A DNA stretch of 62,426 nt, counting the filler, from Choristocarpus tenellus KU-1152 (lineage: Eukaryota; Protista; Phaeophyceae): assembly GCA_964200185.2 (NCBI GenBank). It is 6 parts of 6 records of this genome, joined end to end, with 100 filler letters (N's around TTAATTAATTAA, not from the genome) between each part and the next. Parts side by side here need not be neighbours in the genome. Positions count along the whole stretch, not along the records: positions 1 to 29,561 come from CAXNAD020000106.1; 5 more parts are not named here. One strand, given 5' to 3'. The notes beneath the pieces were generated by a model, which saw only the letters and a list, made by a program, of their open reading frames with translations, made no database searches and was not told where the DNA came from. Position 1 is the first letter of the stretch, and the number at the start of each line of letters is the position of its first letter. The translations under genes and the position numbers were made by a program. Positions 12,431 to 26,700 of this stretch are shown here, piece by piece.

Positions 12431-15400
12431 TTGACAACTACAATTTGCCTATCATTAGTACCCTAGAGCTCTAACATACTAGATCAAATGTAAGAAACAT
12501 TCGTATATTAGTAAATGAGTGGGAGAGTGATCATGGTAGCAGCTTCTTCCATGCATGGTAGTGGGCAGTAGCGATTTTTCTAGCATTGATCATCGCATTG
12601 ATTTTGTTTGCCTTCTGGCTTACCCTGTCAATGTTACCTAAAGATAGTGGCTTGTCCTTGCCTAAATCTTTCTGAAGTCCAGCTCATGTCTTTGCTCTTG
12701 ATCATAGTACGTAGATCCTAACCCAAATTTCATTGTTTTATTCCATTCGATTTGTACTTCATCAAACCTATTTCCTCCCACATTGTTCCAGCCACATATC
12801 TCGTGTCCTCCACCCCCCTTAAACACCTCCTGTGCACATCCTTCCATGACTTGTGGGCTGAAGGTACGTAAACTTCGCTGCAGTCTTGAAGAGGCTTCAG
12901 CGGTTGAAGCTCAGCTTCATTCTGAGATGTCTACCATTCGCAAGGAAAAAGAGTCCCTGGAGGTGGATAGACAAAATTTGGTGCTGCGGCATCGTGGAGA
13001 GGTGGCCGCTGCCCAGATGAAGGTGCTTGTGATTCACTCCTCATAGGTTCAAATGCAGCTCAGTCTGTGTAGTACAGTAGTTCAGCTTTGCAATGCAGGG
13101 CCAACAGACTACATTCACAATGTTGTAGGCTATGGCTCATCTTTTCTGCTCAGAGTATATATTTTGTAGTAGGTTATAAGAGCACAAAGCTGTACAGCTC
13201 TATTTACTCATGCAATCGAGATTATACATCAAGGGGGTGAACAGAAACAGCCCCATGCATGTAAGCAGAATGAAGGTAAACTAAAACATGAACCTGGACA
13301 TAGTTTTTCCTTGTGGGGACTTTTCTTTGCCTGGTGAACCATCCACAAAATGAAGTTCGATACTCAGTACCAATGAGATTTTCTAGACAAGAGGAGACCT
13401 CTCCGCCCTGCCCTGCCCACCTCCTGAGCTCATGGAATGTATGTATGCATACATTTGTGGGTTTTTCCCTGTGTGTGGAAGGAGTCCACAATTGAGGCCG
13501 ACAAACAAACTCTCCAACGGCGCTGTGCAGCTCTTGAAGAGGAGGCATCTCGTCGGCGTAGACAGTTAGAGGTGGGACAAGAACGCCTAGAGGAAGCTGT
13601 GGGCGAGCTCTCCAGGGTCAAGGAGGTATTAGCTGGAAGGGATCGCTCAGTGACAGAAGCCCGGGCTGAGGCCAAATGTGCTGCAGACAAGCTGGTGGTG
13701 GAGTGGGGAAGAGAAAAGGCAGAGATGAAGGCCACAAATGAAGCGCTGGAGAAGCGTGCTGTGAGTGTGAAAAAAAAATGGACTTCAGTATGAAGTCGCT
13801 AGAGCCCAAGTTGTGGTGATTTGTGAGGAGAGAATCTGCAGTACCTTTTCATATCTGAAGCCAATGGTCAGTAACTGGTGATTTGATTATTAGTCCTGGG
13901 ACTCTTTGTCTCTACTGATCTGTGAAAATGACCCAATTCCTTTTTTGTAATGATATCAGTAGCTTCTTTTTTTTGAAATGAGATATGTATCACTTGTTGT
14001 TGAGCTGACAGAAAGCTCTCACCTGTCCCATCCCCCAAGCAACCTGAGTGAAAGTATCTCAGAGGGTACGAGTTTTGCCCTGTTTGTCCATTTGGGGCTT
14101 GACTTCCCAAGGGTTTTTTTAATGACATTTTTCCTACTCTGAAATGTTTCGGAGTAGGTAGAACGTATATATTATGAGAAGGTGTGTCTGAAACAAAGAT
14201 ATTGACACTTCCTAACAAACATGAAAGCCAAATTACATCAAATTCGCAACATTGGATTTTGGCCCCCAAATGGACATGACTCTACCCTCTAAGATACTTT
14301 GGTTCACCTGCCATAATACTTACACACACACACACATACACACTCATTTCTGCTCATTCCCTATCTCTCCTTGTCTCTCCCCATACAGGCATTGGCAGAG
14401 TCCAGGGCAAGGGAAGCCTTACAGCAAGCAGCAGAACGAGTTCGTGGGGCACAACAAATTGAGGAGAGGTCTCAGCATGAAGCCCAGGCAAAGAATATTG
14501 GGTTGAGGCAGGAGGTGGACCGGCTAGAGGCCGAAGTTGAGCGACTAGGGCGGGCTATGAGTGCAGCAGAGGTTGCGGCTGAGTCAGGCATACGTCGATG
14601 GAGGGGTGATGCTGAGCGTGCTGTCTCTGAGACTTCGAGGGCCTTAAGGGAGAAGGAGGCCCTCCGGGAGAGGGTCTCTGTACTGCAGGTGGCAACAGAC
14701 AAGGCTGTGGCAGCAGCAGCTGATGCATCAGTGGAAAGGGATGAGGCAAGGCTGTTGGCAGCTGCAGCAGAAGCAAAAGCTGCAACAGCAGTGGAGGAAC
14801 TTGCCCGGGTGGAGGAAGAGGGGGAAGTGACCCAAGATCACTTGAGGGCAGCAGAGGAGGAGCTTGCTGGGCTAAGCCTTGAGGCTGACCAGGTACAAGC
14901 TACCTGTAGAAAAGACAGAGATAGGGTGTGGTGGGGTGACAGAGGGAGGGGAACAGGGCCAATATAGGTGATGCTGAAGAAACGTCAAGGTCCCCAGTGG
15001 ATTTAACTGGTGCTTACTTGGTTTGGGTGTATTGGTTACTACTCTCTAACTGATTTTTCCAGTCTCTGGGGTATGTGGACTATGCACAGGTCAAGTGCTT
15101 GGTCAAATTGATATCATCATCCATCTATTAGGAATCTATGCAGGAAGTGGGGTGATCCTCAATAATTAGTCTGTCTAGGTGTCTACTAATGAATCACAAC
15201 AGCGACCTTGACTATATGTCTGCCTGACACTATGTTTTGCAGTGAGTACACCCTTTACATTCTTGTGTGGGATTAGTTCCCCCGTAAATCTACTTGTGCA
15301 GATGTATCAGAGGAGGAGAGGGTCATTATGATGAAGTCCAACACCTCTACTCCCACTCAACACCTGCCAATGGTTGACCAAACCTATTCACCCCAACCCT

Positions 15401-17707
15401 CCTCCTCCCTGGCTGTTTGCCCTCTTTTTTCATGTTCGCTTACATCTGCTAACATATGGCTCCACTATGTCAGGCACATGAGGCGCAGATCAGGACCTTA
15501 AAGGAGCTGAAATGTGGAGCATCTGAAGAGCGTGATGCCCATGCTGCAAGGTGTAAGCAGGAGTTGGACACCCTGCGGAAGCGTGCTCGCAGGGCAGTGA
15601 GGAAGGAGAGGAAGAAGAGCCACGCTTACAAAGCCCAGGCCATTGAGGCACACAGGAGAGGTGTGAAGGCGCGGCAGGCTCTCCGGTTAGGGGTACAGAA
15701 CCCTGCAACTGCTCAATTGATGGTGAGTTCACATGTGTTGTTTTGCTGTTAAGTATAAATATAGCTATATATATTTATACTTCGAATTACATGCATATGG
15801 TGATGACAGCTTGAGGATATTTATCCTTCGCCCCATTAAACCTCTTGTGGAAAACGTGCCTTGAGAAGACTTAAAAAATACTAACTAGTGCATATCAGTG
15901 CTGGAGATTCAGGCAGTTGCAGTGCTTTTGTGAGGTTGTATGTTGCTGTGTTATCCAGAATAACCATCCTTCAGCACAAAGTCAATTGTATTATCCATGT
16001 AGTCACAGATATTTGAGTGAAAGTATCTTAGAGGGTACAAGTTTTGCCCTGTTTGTCCATTTGGGGCTTGGCTTTCCATGTTTTTTTTATGACCTTTTTC
16101 TACTCAAAAATGTTTAGGAGTAGGTAAAATGTATACATTATGAAAAGGTGTGCCCGAAGCATGGACATTGACACTTCCTAACAAACACGATAGCCAAAAT
16201 TACATTAATATCGTAACATTGGATTTTGGCCTCCAAATGGATGCGGCTCTACCCTCTAAGATACTTTGGCTCTTTGCTTGAAAAAGAATAATGTAAAATA
16301 GGGTTGTCAATAGGGCTCAGATGGCAGCAGCATCCCTGTCTGCTCCATCCTTTGATTTCAAAATGCTGTTGGAAAGTACTCTCTTCTATCACAGGGGAGT
16401 TTGAAATTTGTGTTGCCAGCCTTGAATGGGTGTATTCATCCTCTTCTCACAATGATCTCATCTATCTGGATATTAATTTGTTGAACATTCATACAAAGTA
16501 CATTTACAATATACTACTATGTAGTACACAGATATGGAGATAAGCAAGATAAGATGTCTGAACTCTGGGGCATCAATATCAGAGGATAGAATTTAATATT
16601 GGGAAATATTAAGGTTTTATTTTGTGTGTTCCTCTTCCTGTGGAACAGTGAAATGACATGATTATTAGATGGGGTTAGAAGTAGTGCCTTCTTGGCAAAT
16701 TATTTTGTTCTAGAGATGAGGATCGGCTGAGTTTATGACTTGATACTTAATATAGTGAATCCTGTCAAATGAACTATTCAAATGATTGGATGGTGATATG
16801 CTTTGTGCAACGTTATAAATTCAAATGATTGGATGGTGATGTGTTTTGTGCAACATTATAAACGAACTATTCAAATGATTGGATGGTGATGTGTTTTGTG
16901 CAACATTATAAATGAACTATTCAAATGATTGGATGGTGATGTGTTTTGTGCAACATTATAAATGAACTATTCAAATGATTGGATGGTGATGTGCTTAGTG
17001 CAACATTATAAATGAACTATTCAAATGATTGGATGGTGATGTGCTTTGTGCAACATTATAAATGAACTATTCAAATGATTGGTTGGTGATGTGCTTTGTA
17101 CAACATTATAAATGCACCAGAAAAAATATTCCATGGTTTGTGAGGGGTCCTGCCAGTGGAGAAACATTTGGAGCAAGCCCTCATTCTGCTTCAGTTTCCT
17201 TCCACAAGTGGGCCACTGCAGGAAGCAATAGATGAAATTTTTCAGTATCAGATCACGACACTTTCCAAAAGGTCTATTGCACGTTCAAAATGGTGTAAGT
17301 GCGGAACAACATGATTGTTGCGCTATCAAATTTCGATAAATATCATTGCCATTGATCAGATACAACTGATCATAATCGGTGCCAATACACAAGTCAATTG
17401 TTTGCCCTCTTTGGACAAAAACAAATGAGGCATCAAAGTTGACTTCTGTTACTATGGCATGATCTATTGGAGGTATCCTTACTAAGCTAGCTCCCTCCGG
17501 TCATCTTCAATACAAACATAATACTCTGCTCGAATATCTCTCTCCAGGCCCTGGACAGAACCTCTCACACCAAAGTGGCAGAGCCTTTTGAGCTGAGCAA
17601 CGCCCTGCAGCGCCTTCGTTATGTTTCTAGTAGGAATGAGGGAACCATGGGGGAAGTAAGCAACCAGCAGCAAGTGGGGCAACTGGGTTCAATGGGAGAC
17701 GAAGAAG
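10978..17707 (+). CDS. CEP83: Centrosomal distal-appendage coiled-coil protein CEP83/CCDC41-like (spliced; last exon not located)
   Basis: Exons ~10978-11460, 11817-11957, 12864-13022, 13482-13760, 14389-14892/14925, 15474-15722, 17548-17707. PQDIDMLRAKVQEELDVPHRRRLEALEAEVEKFRQMFFNVRREYERCKAEYEQ parallels the conserved CEP83 segment (PQKLELLRAQIQQELE..EEVEKYR..KSEFE). Confidence 0.8.
12393..12427. repeat. (TA)n microsatellite in a CEP83 intron
   Basis: Direct reading; a second tract lies at ~55688-55712. Confidence 0.95.
14046..14305 (+). mobile_element. MITE family A copy 2 (CEP83 intron)
   Basis: GAGTGAAAGTATCTCAGAGGGTA ... TACCCTCTAAGATACTTTGGTTC; TSD ACCT. Confidence 0.9.
16015..16272 (+). 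mobile_element. MITE family A copy 3 (CEP83 intron)
   Basis: Same TIRs and internal sequence. TSD is probably TTTG with one base lost on the left. Confidence 0.9.
16767..17114. repeat. 50-bp minisatellite, about 7 copies
   Basis: Unit AAATGAACTATTCAAATGATTGGATGGTGATGTGTTTTGTGCAACATTAT. Period 50 is seen at 16911, 16961, 17011 and 17061. Confidence 0.95.
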
Positions 17708-20700
17708 GTATGGTAGTGTGGCTCCTTTTGGGGGTATTTGTGCACACTGGGCTGTGTGATTCTTTGCACTATATTCTGTTTTTGTCTTGCTGATGTTTGC
17801 GGTGGTGAATGGGAGTATGCACCTTTTGTATGTTTGAATTTGAATCAATAAGTGTTTTTATAGTAAAAGTCAGTGTTGTTGACCCGAATCGTAGTATTAC
17901 ATGCTCCCCAGGTACTATTATTTGAAGCCCATTGTCCAGTACTTGCCTGTTCTTGAAGGAGGGAAAGAGTTGGCCACATATGTGTGATCATGCTATGTCT
18001 AGTCAGTTGTCCATCTAGAACTTCCTGTCCCTCATCCCCTGTTCCTACCCCCCCCCCCCATAAGTCTTTAATTCCTTGTGTCTTGCCTGTGCATGCCATT
18101 GCACACCCTCCCTGCCAGGCAATACTATTCCACATAGCACTGCTTTGTACCCCAGTGAGCTTGGGAGGGATGATACCATTGGAAATTTTAGGCGGCTCAA
18201 TAGGCTTGTTCAGAGCTCCAATCATCAACTTCAGGCTGTGGGATAAGGGAGGAAGTAAAGGAGTTCGGGGCTGGGGTACGACTGATCTGCCATTGACTGT
18301 GCTTCCTTAGTGAACCCCTCTGACTGTTCCAACTAAATCAGGCAGATAGTTTGCCAGTGTTAGTCTTTGAGTAGGATTGATTGCTCAAAAATTTCAGTAA
18401 ACACTATAAGGAGGATAAAGGGAGCATTTGCTACTTGGAGAGGTGGTAAAAGATGCTGTATATCAAGGAAATCACTGTGCAGTACTATGTAGGTCCCTTC
18501 CACCCCATCTCTCTGATGTCTCCTAAGATAGTGCCAAAGTAGGAGGTGCAGCAGAGTGATGGGAGCTTTGTCATCACATGGTGGTGTATGGTAGTACCAT
18601 GTGAAGTTAAAAGTGCGAGGATGAGGTGTGGGCCAAGGAAAGGCTCTGCTAAGCTCCCCCCCTTGAGCTGTCAGTGTTACAGGGTTGCCTAGGAATATGT
18701 GTTGATGTAAGGTGTGTGTGTCACAACTTGATATATGTACTGGAGTTCAGGCCTAGCAAAGGGTCATAGGGACTATAAGTTGAGAAACCAAGGATGATAT
18801 TCCCAGAGGTACATGTGCAGCTCAATCTACTCTACCATGGGAACAAATTTTGAGGCATATCTGTGCAAATGGACGTATCAAGGGTTTGTGTCATGCCACC
18901 AAACAACGTGTTGCTCTACCTGTGAGGGCATAAGCATGGTGGATGGCATTGAATGTTTTGGAGAGGATGGGCATAACTGAATCACAAGCAAACCATGGTA
19001 TCAGTACAGTACTGTACATACCGTGGTCAACTTACTGAAGGGACTTGATGATTGAAACTTTTAACCCAATATTTTCTGATAAATATATGCCTGATGTCTT
19101 CCAAGGTGCATCTATGGTCCAGCTGTCCCATTGGCTGAGCTCTATGGAACGACTTGACAAGGAAGCTCTTCGTGTCCAATAGGCCAAGCAAGCCAAGAGA
19201 ACACAACCCTCAAGTGCTGGGATTTTTTCAATCCACTACTTGCATGGAATGGAATGGCATACAGAAATGTTCATCTGAACATTAGGTACAACTCATATGC
19301 CCCATTAGAGGCAAGATCCTCTGCAGAGACTGTGGCATAGAGCACCCAGGTCATCTGGTGATACAATTGTGTAGACACCATTGTAAACTCTCTTGATAAA
19401 ATTACACACAGGTATTCAGAATATGACCAAGCCATGGCAGTGGATCAACCTATATCAGCCTTGGGAAGATGTGTGAGGCTATACGGGAATTTCTTTCTGA
19501 TTTACTTGTTTTGGGATTCACACCTTTTCCTGAAGTATCCTCTCCTATTTATGCAGCTTTTGAAGGCAAGGAGAGGTAGTCAAATGGGATTAGAAGTTAA
19601 ATGGTGTCAGACAGGGTCCTCAGCAGGAAGTGGTCTTTTGCCCTTGTGCACTTGATCGCCGCCTTGAAGCAGAAAAAGTACTTAAACAAAAAAACATTGA
19701 GGACGTAACACATGTGAAAGTCGCAAATCACAGGACCCCCATGAACAACTGAAGCGACTGGAGACAACGTGCTCTGTTGTGAATAGTTCTCACTCCCAAC
19801 TCTTTGAGGCACTGATGGTCTCCTATAGATCCATCCGCCTAATCCAGTACCACTGTTGTGCTTTTACTCTTGTACAGAGGCTGATGAGTGCACCAGAGTA
19901 TATCTCAGGAATCTCCCTGTTCTCCCCCTACAATGCTATCCCCCATTCGATAAGGTGACCTCACCGAACGAGGTCTTGTCATTGGTTCTATTGAGAGCCA
20001 CGATGACCATTACACAACTCTGGTCCACAACAGTTACAACTATGAGTAGTGGAGGTATGATGCTGACCAGGATATGGCAAGAGTGCAGAATTTACTGTCA
20101 ACCCCTTGCCAGCCCCATACAGCAAAGAAATTATGTCGATGCATTATTCTAATCCTTACATAGGATTATCTACTGGTCCTTCCATTTACACTACAATTGA
20201 AAGATATATTTAATTCTGAACTAGGTTGTGATGTCGTAGCTACTTTGGGAAAATAGCTATGAGCAAAGCACTGTGCCTTGCCATCAAGAAGAACTTTGGG
20301 CAAAACCTCCCAGACAATTATTCAGGAATTGCACCCCCAACACTCCATATAATAGCGATATACACCGTCGCTATAGAGCAGCCAGTTATACCTCCATACC
20401 ATAGATTTTGACCTTTCCTTTCAGTAGTCCTCACATTGTTGTTTGCATGAGAAAAACACAAATGAAACAATGTTTGGGAATGGCAAGTCCCTCCTCTGGA
20501 TATAACCATACAATCAAAATCGATTCAGAATTGTTTGAATATCGATAAATTATTGTGATTATATTCTAGGGTTGGGGATGGGATAATTCGAAAGAGCAAC
20601 TTTCACACCAATAAAAGGCCTGAACATCTCATTCAGTTGCTCTACTCCCTCCCCCCTTCAGCGTACCCTAGCCCCTCAAACTTGGCACGGATCTGTAAAG

Positions 20701-20718
20701 ATGCAAGGAAAAAAAGAG

Positions 20719-23700
20719 TCAGTATGCAGCGCCATATTTCTGGGATGTCTCCATCTTCTTAAGAGACTCGTTGAGGTCGTGCACCATGCCCTTGCACTCC
20801 CCACGCAAAGTTTCAAAGTCAATTTCCCTCCCCTTTGTCTGCACAAAGTCCCTTATTGAAAATATGTTAGTTTCGTATGTGCGCATCTTCTGCTCCAGTG
20901 CTTCCAGTGTCTTGGCCTGTTGGAAGGGGTACGGGTGACAAGAGGAACCTTAGTAACAGGGTCAAGAAGGGTCATATGGAGGGGGGTATCCTGGTCCAAT
21001 CTAATCGTATAACCTTTGATATACACTATATTGTAAAGGAAATCAATACGTGTCACACCTTTTGGGAAAGAAGCACGAGGCAAGTAATGTGGGCATACAT
21101 TAATGCAAGCAGCCTGACTGGGAGTGTCTTACGTGGCTACTACACCCACTGTTTGTGAACTGCAGAGGTGCATGTGATACGGTGTCATTTTTTGGTCGTA
21201 TTCAAGAATCATTTGTCCAATAGTGGTTGTTCATGGGCTCAAAAATAGTGCAACTCGCCAAATTTCCTGCATTATATTGCACGTTTTTATGGGTACTGTG
21301 ATACCTATGCACAGAACACCTCCACATGTACCCCAACATGTGAATCCGAGATGAAATCAAAGAGAGGCAACAACCGAGGGCTACAAAAGTCAAGAAAATC
21401 ATCAGCCATAACATTCAGAGTTGGGATGTAGCATCAATTGAAATTGATCGCATCTAATGAAGGCTCATATTATCCTAGAGGGGGGGGGGTCACGCCTCCA
21501 TTTGGGACCTTTGTGATTCTGTAGTAATTTTCATGTCATTTAAGTGAATGCGTCAGGTGTAAGGGCAATTTCCTTCATCTGGATGCACCTTACTTTTCCA
21601 ACCCTTGCCTGGACCAAATCTGAAGGAAAATCACCCACAAAATGGGCATCAAACTGGGGTGTTTTATAACACCTCATCAAGTCTCGAATGGATAACCTGA
21701 CTTAACCCCTGCCTCCCTAGGATACTATGAGCCTGAGTTGAGATCGGGGTTCAAATAACTTTTTCACATAAGGAGAAAAAAGAGTGTGGGCAATATTTCA
21801 TACTCTGTAACATTTCATGAATCAGAATGAGGGACATTGTTCAAAAGGCTTACATAGCTCGTCACCCACTGAAAAGCCTTGTCCCTCATGGTTTGGGTAA
21901 CTCTGTGCAGCTGGACCCAACAATGGAACATAAACGTTTGGTTGACACTCAACTTTTTCTTAATCCTTTTTCAAAGAAGTTCAATCAATATATTTATTAG
22001 CTTTCAGACTTGCAACAGAGAGTGGTTCTGAACAAATACTCCGCATGTAAACATCATTGCTTTTTAACTACCAAGGTGTGGGGGAAGTGTGCATCGCCTG
22101 TCCAAGGACTCACAGTCTCGCTTGAGGCTAGTGTCTTTTTGTTTGCCTCATATTGCATGGACAGCTGCTGAACCTGGCCCCTCATTGCATCCCGCCTTTG
22201 TGTGTACTGCTCAGAGAGGCTCTGGAGATGTGCCTGAACATAGGAGTAGAAGTCGTGGAGAACTGGGTTGTGTAGGGAGTTCGAAAATTATGGCTACATT
22301 ACATTTTTTATTGCCCATGAGTGTGTATGTCTGTTTTATTTTCCAAAGTGTTTTGGGTGTCTATATACCAGAATGCTCCGATGGCCCACCTTTGTCTGAG
22401 CAGCCCTATCTCTGAGGCCATCCACGTCCTCAAACTCTCTCATCTCTGCATTCATCTTGTCCAGCCTGTCCTTCAGGGTGTCAAGCTCCAGGGGAATCTG
22501 CAATTGGTGACCAAGACACAGTGTTGCAAAGGAGCAGGTGTGAGACATGAGGGGAGAGGGGTGGGGGGTGATGATCGAGGGGGAGATGGGGATAGAGACA
22601 AATGTGGAGGTAAGGTTGGGAGTATATGGAAAATGGGATAAAGTAGATTTCAGAGCCAAATTCTGAAAAGGACTTGACAAACTACACCAGGTGTCTATTG
22701 CCTGGAAATCAACAAGAATAGATCAAGAGTAGGAGGGGGAAAATGGAAAATAATCTGCAGATGTGAAAAGAACGAGGTTGTGCGCTTGCAGACAAAGGAA
22801 ATAGTATAGTATTAATGTTGGCCTTTGTAGATGTGAATAGCTGCAGTCAACCCCAAAAAATTGAAGCACAGTTGTGGCTAGTAGAGCTGGAGTACTTGGT
22901 GTGATCCCCAGGTGTTTCCCTCTGAATGAACCATGAAGGGTTTCGCATGAAAATTTCCGAACTATAACCTGTGCAGTCACTTTTGTTGCTGGCAGACTTG
23001 TGGCAATAATATATTTTTAGGTCAAGAGGCACAGTAGCGAAGAGGTGCAAGAAAGAATATCCAGAAATTGAAAAAAAAGTCTGTACACTGCAAAATACGC
23101 TTTGCTCAGAATAAATCATGTTTTTTGTTTTGGTCTCCCTTCTCTGGTCACACCTTCATTTTTGGGATGGTTTCTGCGCATGCAATTCATGAAAATAGGG
23201 GGCATTGTTGCACACGGGTTAAAAAAGGCATAAAGTGTGAAACGACCAAAACGTGCATACCTCTCAGTAAGCGTGACTCCAAGTTTACAATTCCTGCCTT
23301 CACCATTTACATTCCCGAATTTGCACACCATGAGCCAATCTACAAAGGAGAAACAGTGTTGGGCTTACCTTCTCGTCTAGGGTATTGATCTTGAGAATCT
23401 CCTCCTGCCTCTTCTCCTTTTCCTGCTGCAGACGCCGCATTGTCATCTCTGAGCTCTTGAGCTGTTTGTCTTTGAAGGTGTTCTCATCCTCTAGCTCCTG
23501 TTGCCCACACACAACCAAACACACAGCTCCAGCATTCAGTGGGATATAGTTGAAGAGTTAAGACCCAAAGTATCTGGGAGGGGGGGGGGGGGGTCTACAC
23601 CAGGNNNNNNNNNNATGCAACCAAATCACCCAAAAATCGCGATATGAAAGAATTGACCCCAAATGGACAGTCGCCACCCCCTCCCAGATACTTTAAGCCT

Positions 23701-26700
23701 AAAGGAAGAGGAAGAAGACGATCAAGGGACAAGAGGACTACAGGGACTACAAAACCAGCTCAAGGGGTAAGTTGGTCAGGTTGTGGTTGTGTTGAAAATA
23801 TTTTTCTGAGGTAGGTGTGAGATTTTGATATTTTGATATTTTATAAGCGCCTTGATTGAGGTTGAGGTTAAGTTCATGTTGGTGGTTCTAAGGGATATAT
23901 TATTTACAGGTTTATCGTGATGAGCAATGCTTATCCAAGGCCAAGGCCTTGCATTGGATATGCTTAGTTGGGAAGTTGGATCTGTTCCGACAAACATACT
24001 ATCTCAGTTGTGTTTGGCACACATTCGATTGCAGAGGAAACCCAGTCGACTAAATGCATTTTGTATTCTATGGCTTTTAAACACGTTCTTGGCCTTGCTG
24101 TAAACAGTGGCATAGCCTGAAAAGAGCAAGTAGTGAGCACCATAGGTTTCAATGTACCTCTGGTGCTTAGAAGTAGGTAGATTTTCCATCTGACAACATG
24201 TTGCCCACTTTCTCCTCATGCACTTATTATTCACTTCTATAAAGGGCTGGACACACACATGTCACACTTGCTCCCTCTACTTCTCTTTCCTGCCTTTCCT
24301 ATTCTTCCTCCCTTTCACCAACCTGTGCAGGACAGTAAATTCATCCTATGTTGTTGGAGTAAGAGGCTATTGACAAATTCGTCCATGCTACTCGGTCAAA
24401 TATACTATGGAGGTGCACACTACAAAACCTTCATTTTATCTTGACTTGGGATGTTGTGTTGCTCCTCCAGGCGCTGGCTGATATGCTCCAGCAGACCTAC
24501 AATCGTTTCCTTGGCTGTGCTCTGGTCCTGGTATGCCTCTGCCTTAGCTGGCTCGAAGCTCTCAATGAAGGCGGTCATCTCCTGGTCCCGTTTTCGTAGT
24601 ACCTCTACCTACTTCAGCCCCAAAGGAGGATGATATAAGCAGCAGAGTCACCAACACATTTTTGTAGCAAATCACTTGACATTGGTAGACTGATAGATAC
24701 ACAAGGGTGACAAACAAATTGTCTTTCATACATGCGTTGAGGAAGGAAAGAGTGTGGAAGGGTGCAAAGCATGGAGTAGGTGTAGATTCACGTCAAAGTA
24801 GGAGTTATTTCTATTTGGAGGGAGTAGGAGCTGTTGTACGAATACACATACTTGCTTATTGGATGTACTTTGATGTATGAGTTAATCTTACTGTTTTGTG
24901 TGTTGCCTTTCACACCATGTCCCCTATCCCTCAATGTAAATGTCACTATCAACTCTGCACTCCAGAGTATGTGCTAGGAATAGGAAAAAGGGCAAGAGTG
25001 GGGTGTGAATGCTAAACGAGCTTTGACATTACCGTGCTGAGCTTGGCGAATAGTCTGCCTTGTGGGGTAACTCAAAGAGACTGGTTTTAAGAGGATTTAC
25101 TTTGTGTGAACTTTCTTGGTGGATGAATGTGAAGAGCATCTGTTTGGGTAAGTTTCCTGTTTGTCCAGGGTGGAGTTATTGTGTGAAGGGGGGGATAGTC
25201 AGACACGAGTCCAATTGAGACCAGCCAATTAGCAGCACTTGCTCCTTTTCGTCATGGAGGGATCTTGCTTGTTTGCCATACCACAGGAACACATACACTC
25301 TTGGGTCTTGCCATCGTGGCAGTATGCATTCTCCTCTGCCAGTTTAACCCCATTCACCCCCCCTCCCCCCCCCCCCCTCCCTCTTCCTTATCCAACAAAC
25401 ACAACCCCCTCCCCCTTTATTCTACTGTTAGAAGAACACAAGAGGGGAAATATATGGAACCGAGAGAGATATGGAAAATATGTGGAGCAGGTAATTTAGA
25501 AGTAGCCACAAGAAGCAAGTGGGGAAGCGGAACAAAATCGAGATTTGACTAGACAGCAATGAACTCCCCTCACCTTATTCTGCGATATCTCTCCCTTCCT
25601 CTCAGTTGTGAGATCTGAGTCCAAGTCTGCCACATGCTGACGCATGTCACTTATTGCACCCTCCATCTCTGTCGCCCATGCATCCAGCTGCTTTAGTTTG
25701 TCCTGGTCAGCCTTCACCTTTCCAAGGAGCCTCTCTCGTGCCTGAGAAGATTGTGTTGGAGATGTTGGAGAGCAATGGAGTTCAGTAGATGACAAGCATG
25801 GTGGCAAGGAGATGGCATTGGAGTACATGTTCAACAGTGGTGTTTAAATTGTTGCTTGCAGAATGGGAGAACCTTAGGGGTTTATAGTGCAATTTCTGTA
25901 GCAATGGTGCTTCAGGATATGTTCTTTCAGCTTGTGTTTACTCCTCTATGTGTACAGTGTACCTTAGGTGACATCACCTGTGCTGTACACTCCCTAAAAA
26001 ATAGATAGTATATGTTCATTTGTCAAATTGTTGACTTGAAATGGAGTTCTGACATATAAGCATATTTTCTATGTGTCGGTAGAAAATGTAAATGCAGGAT
26101 GAAGCAATGTGCAGTACAATATTTTCAGGTGAGGTTATAAATCAGCATGTGCAATCCCCCACCCCCCCGCTTTTTGCACAATGGGTCCTTTGCCAAGGCC
26201 GGGAAGCAGAGTAAGAGATTCCACAATTTTTTTCACTTGCAATGGGTGTCTCATAGTCGGGGGGGTTTCAGCCTTGTGGAGCTGTGAAACATGTGATAAG
26301 TGGCATACACTGTGTTCACACATTCACCAAGAATATATAACAGTATACTCTAATAGAATATTGAGTGAGCCGTAGTCTAGGCGATACAAAACGCTACGCA
26401 ACTCTCTTATGCATAACAGCAAAAAAGTGTTGCTCTGCAGGACCCCTACAAGTAATGGGAACTGCAATGTATACAAGGTAGAGAAGAGTATAGACGCTAT
26501 GGGGAATGTAGACAACATTGAGGGAGAAAGGGATATATACTGGTATGGTACGAAAAAATAGCTTTCATACTGATGAACTATTGTCACTTTATTTCACTGA
26601 GCCAGTGAAATGCATTTTCTATGTAGTCTATCATTCCCCCAAACTTGTGGGACTACCCTGACCTAATTCACCATAAAATGATTATGATGGAAATCTGATG

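Noticed and set aside
16767-17114. CRISPR-like array (also 30115-30267 and 58639-58783)
   Set aside because: Head-to-tail repeats with no unique spacers and no cas genes; these are ordinary minisatellites.
17850-20150. Decayed retroelement or gene between CEP83 and IFT74 (also 26850-27750)
   Set aside because: Coding-like texture but no recognisable motif; too eroded to assign.
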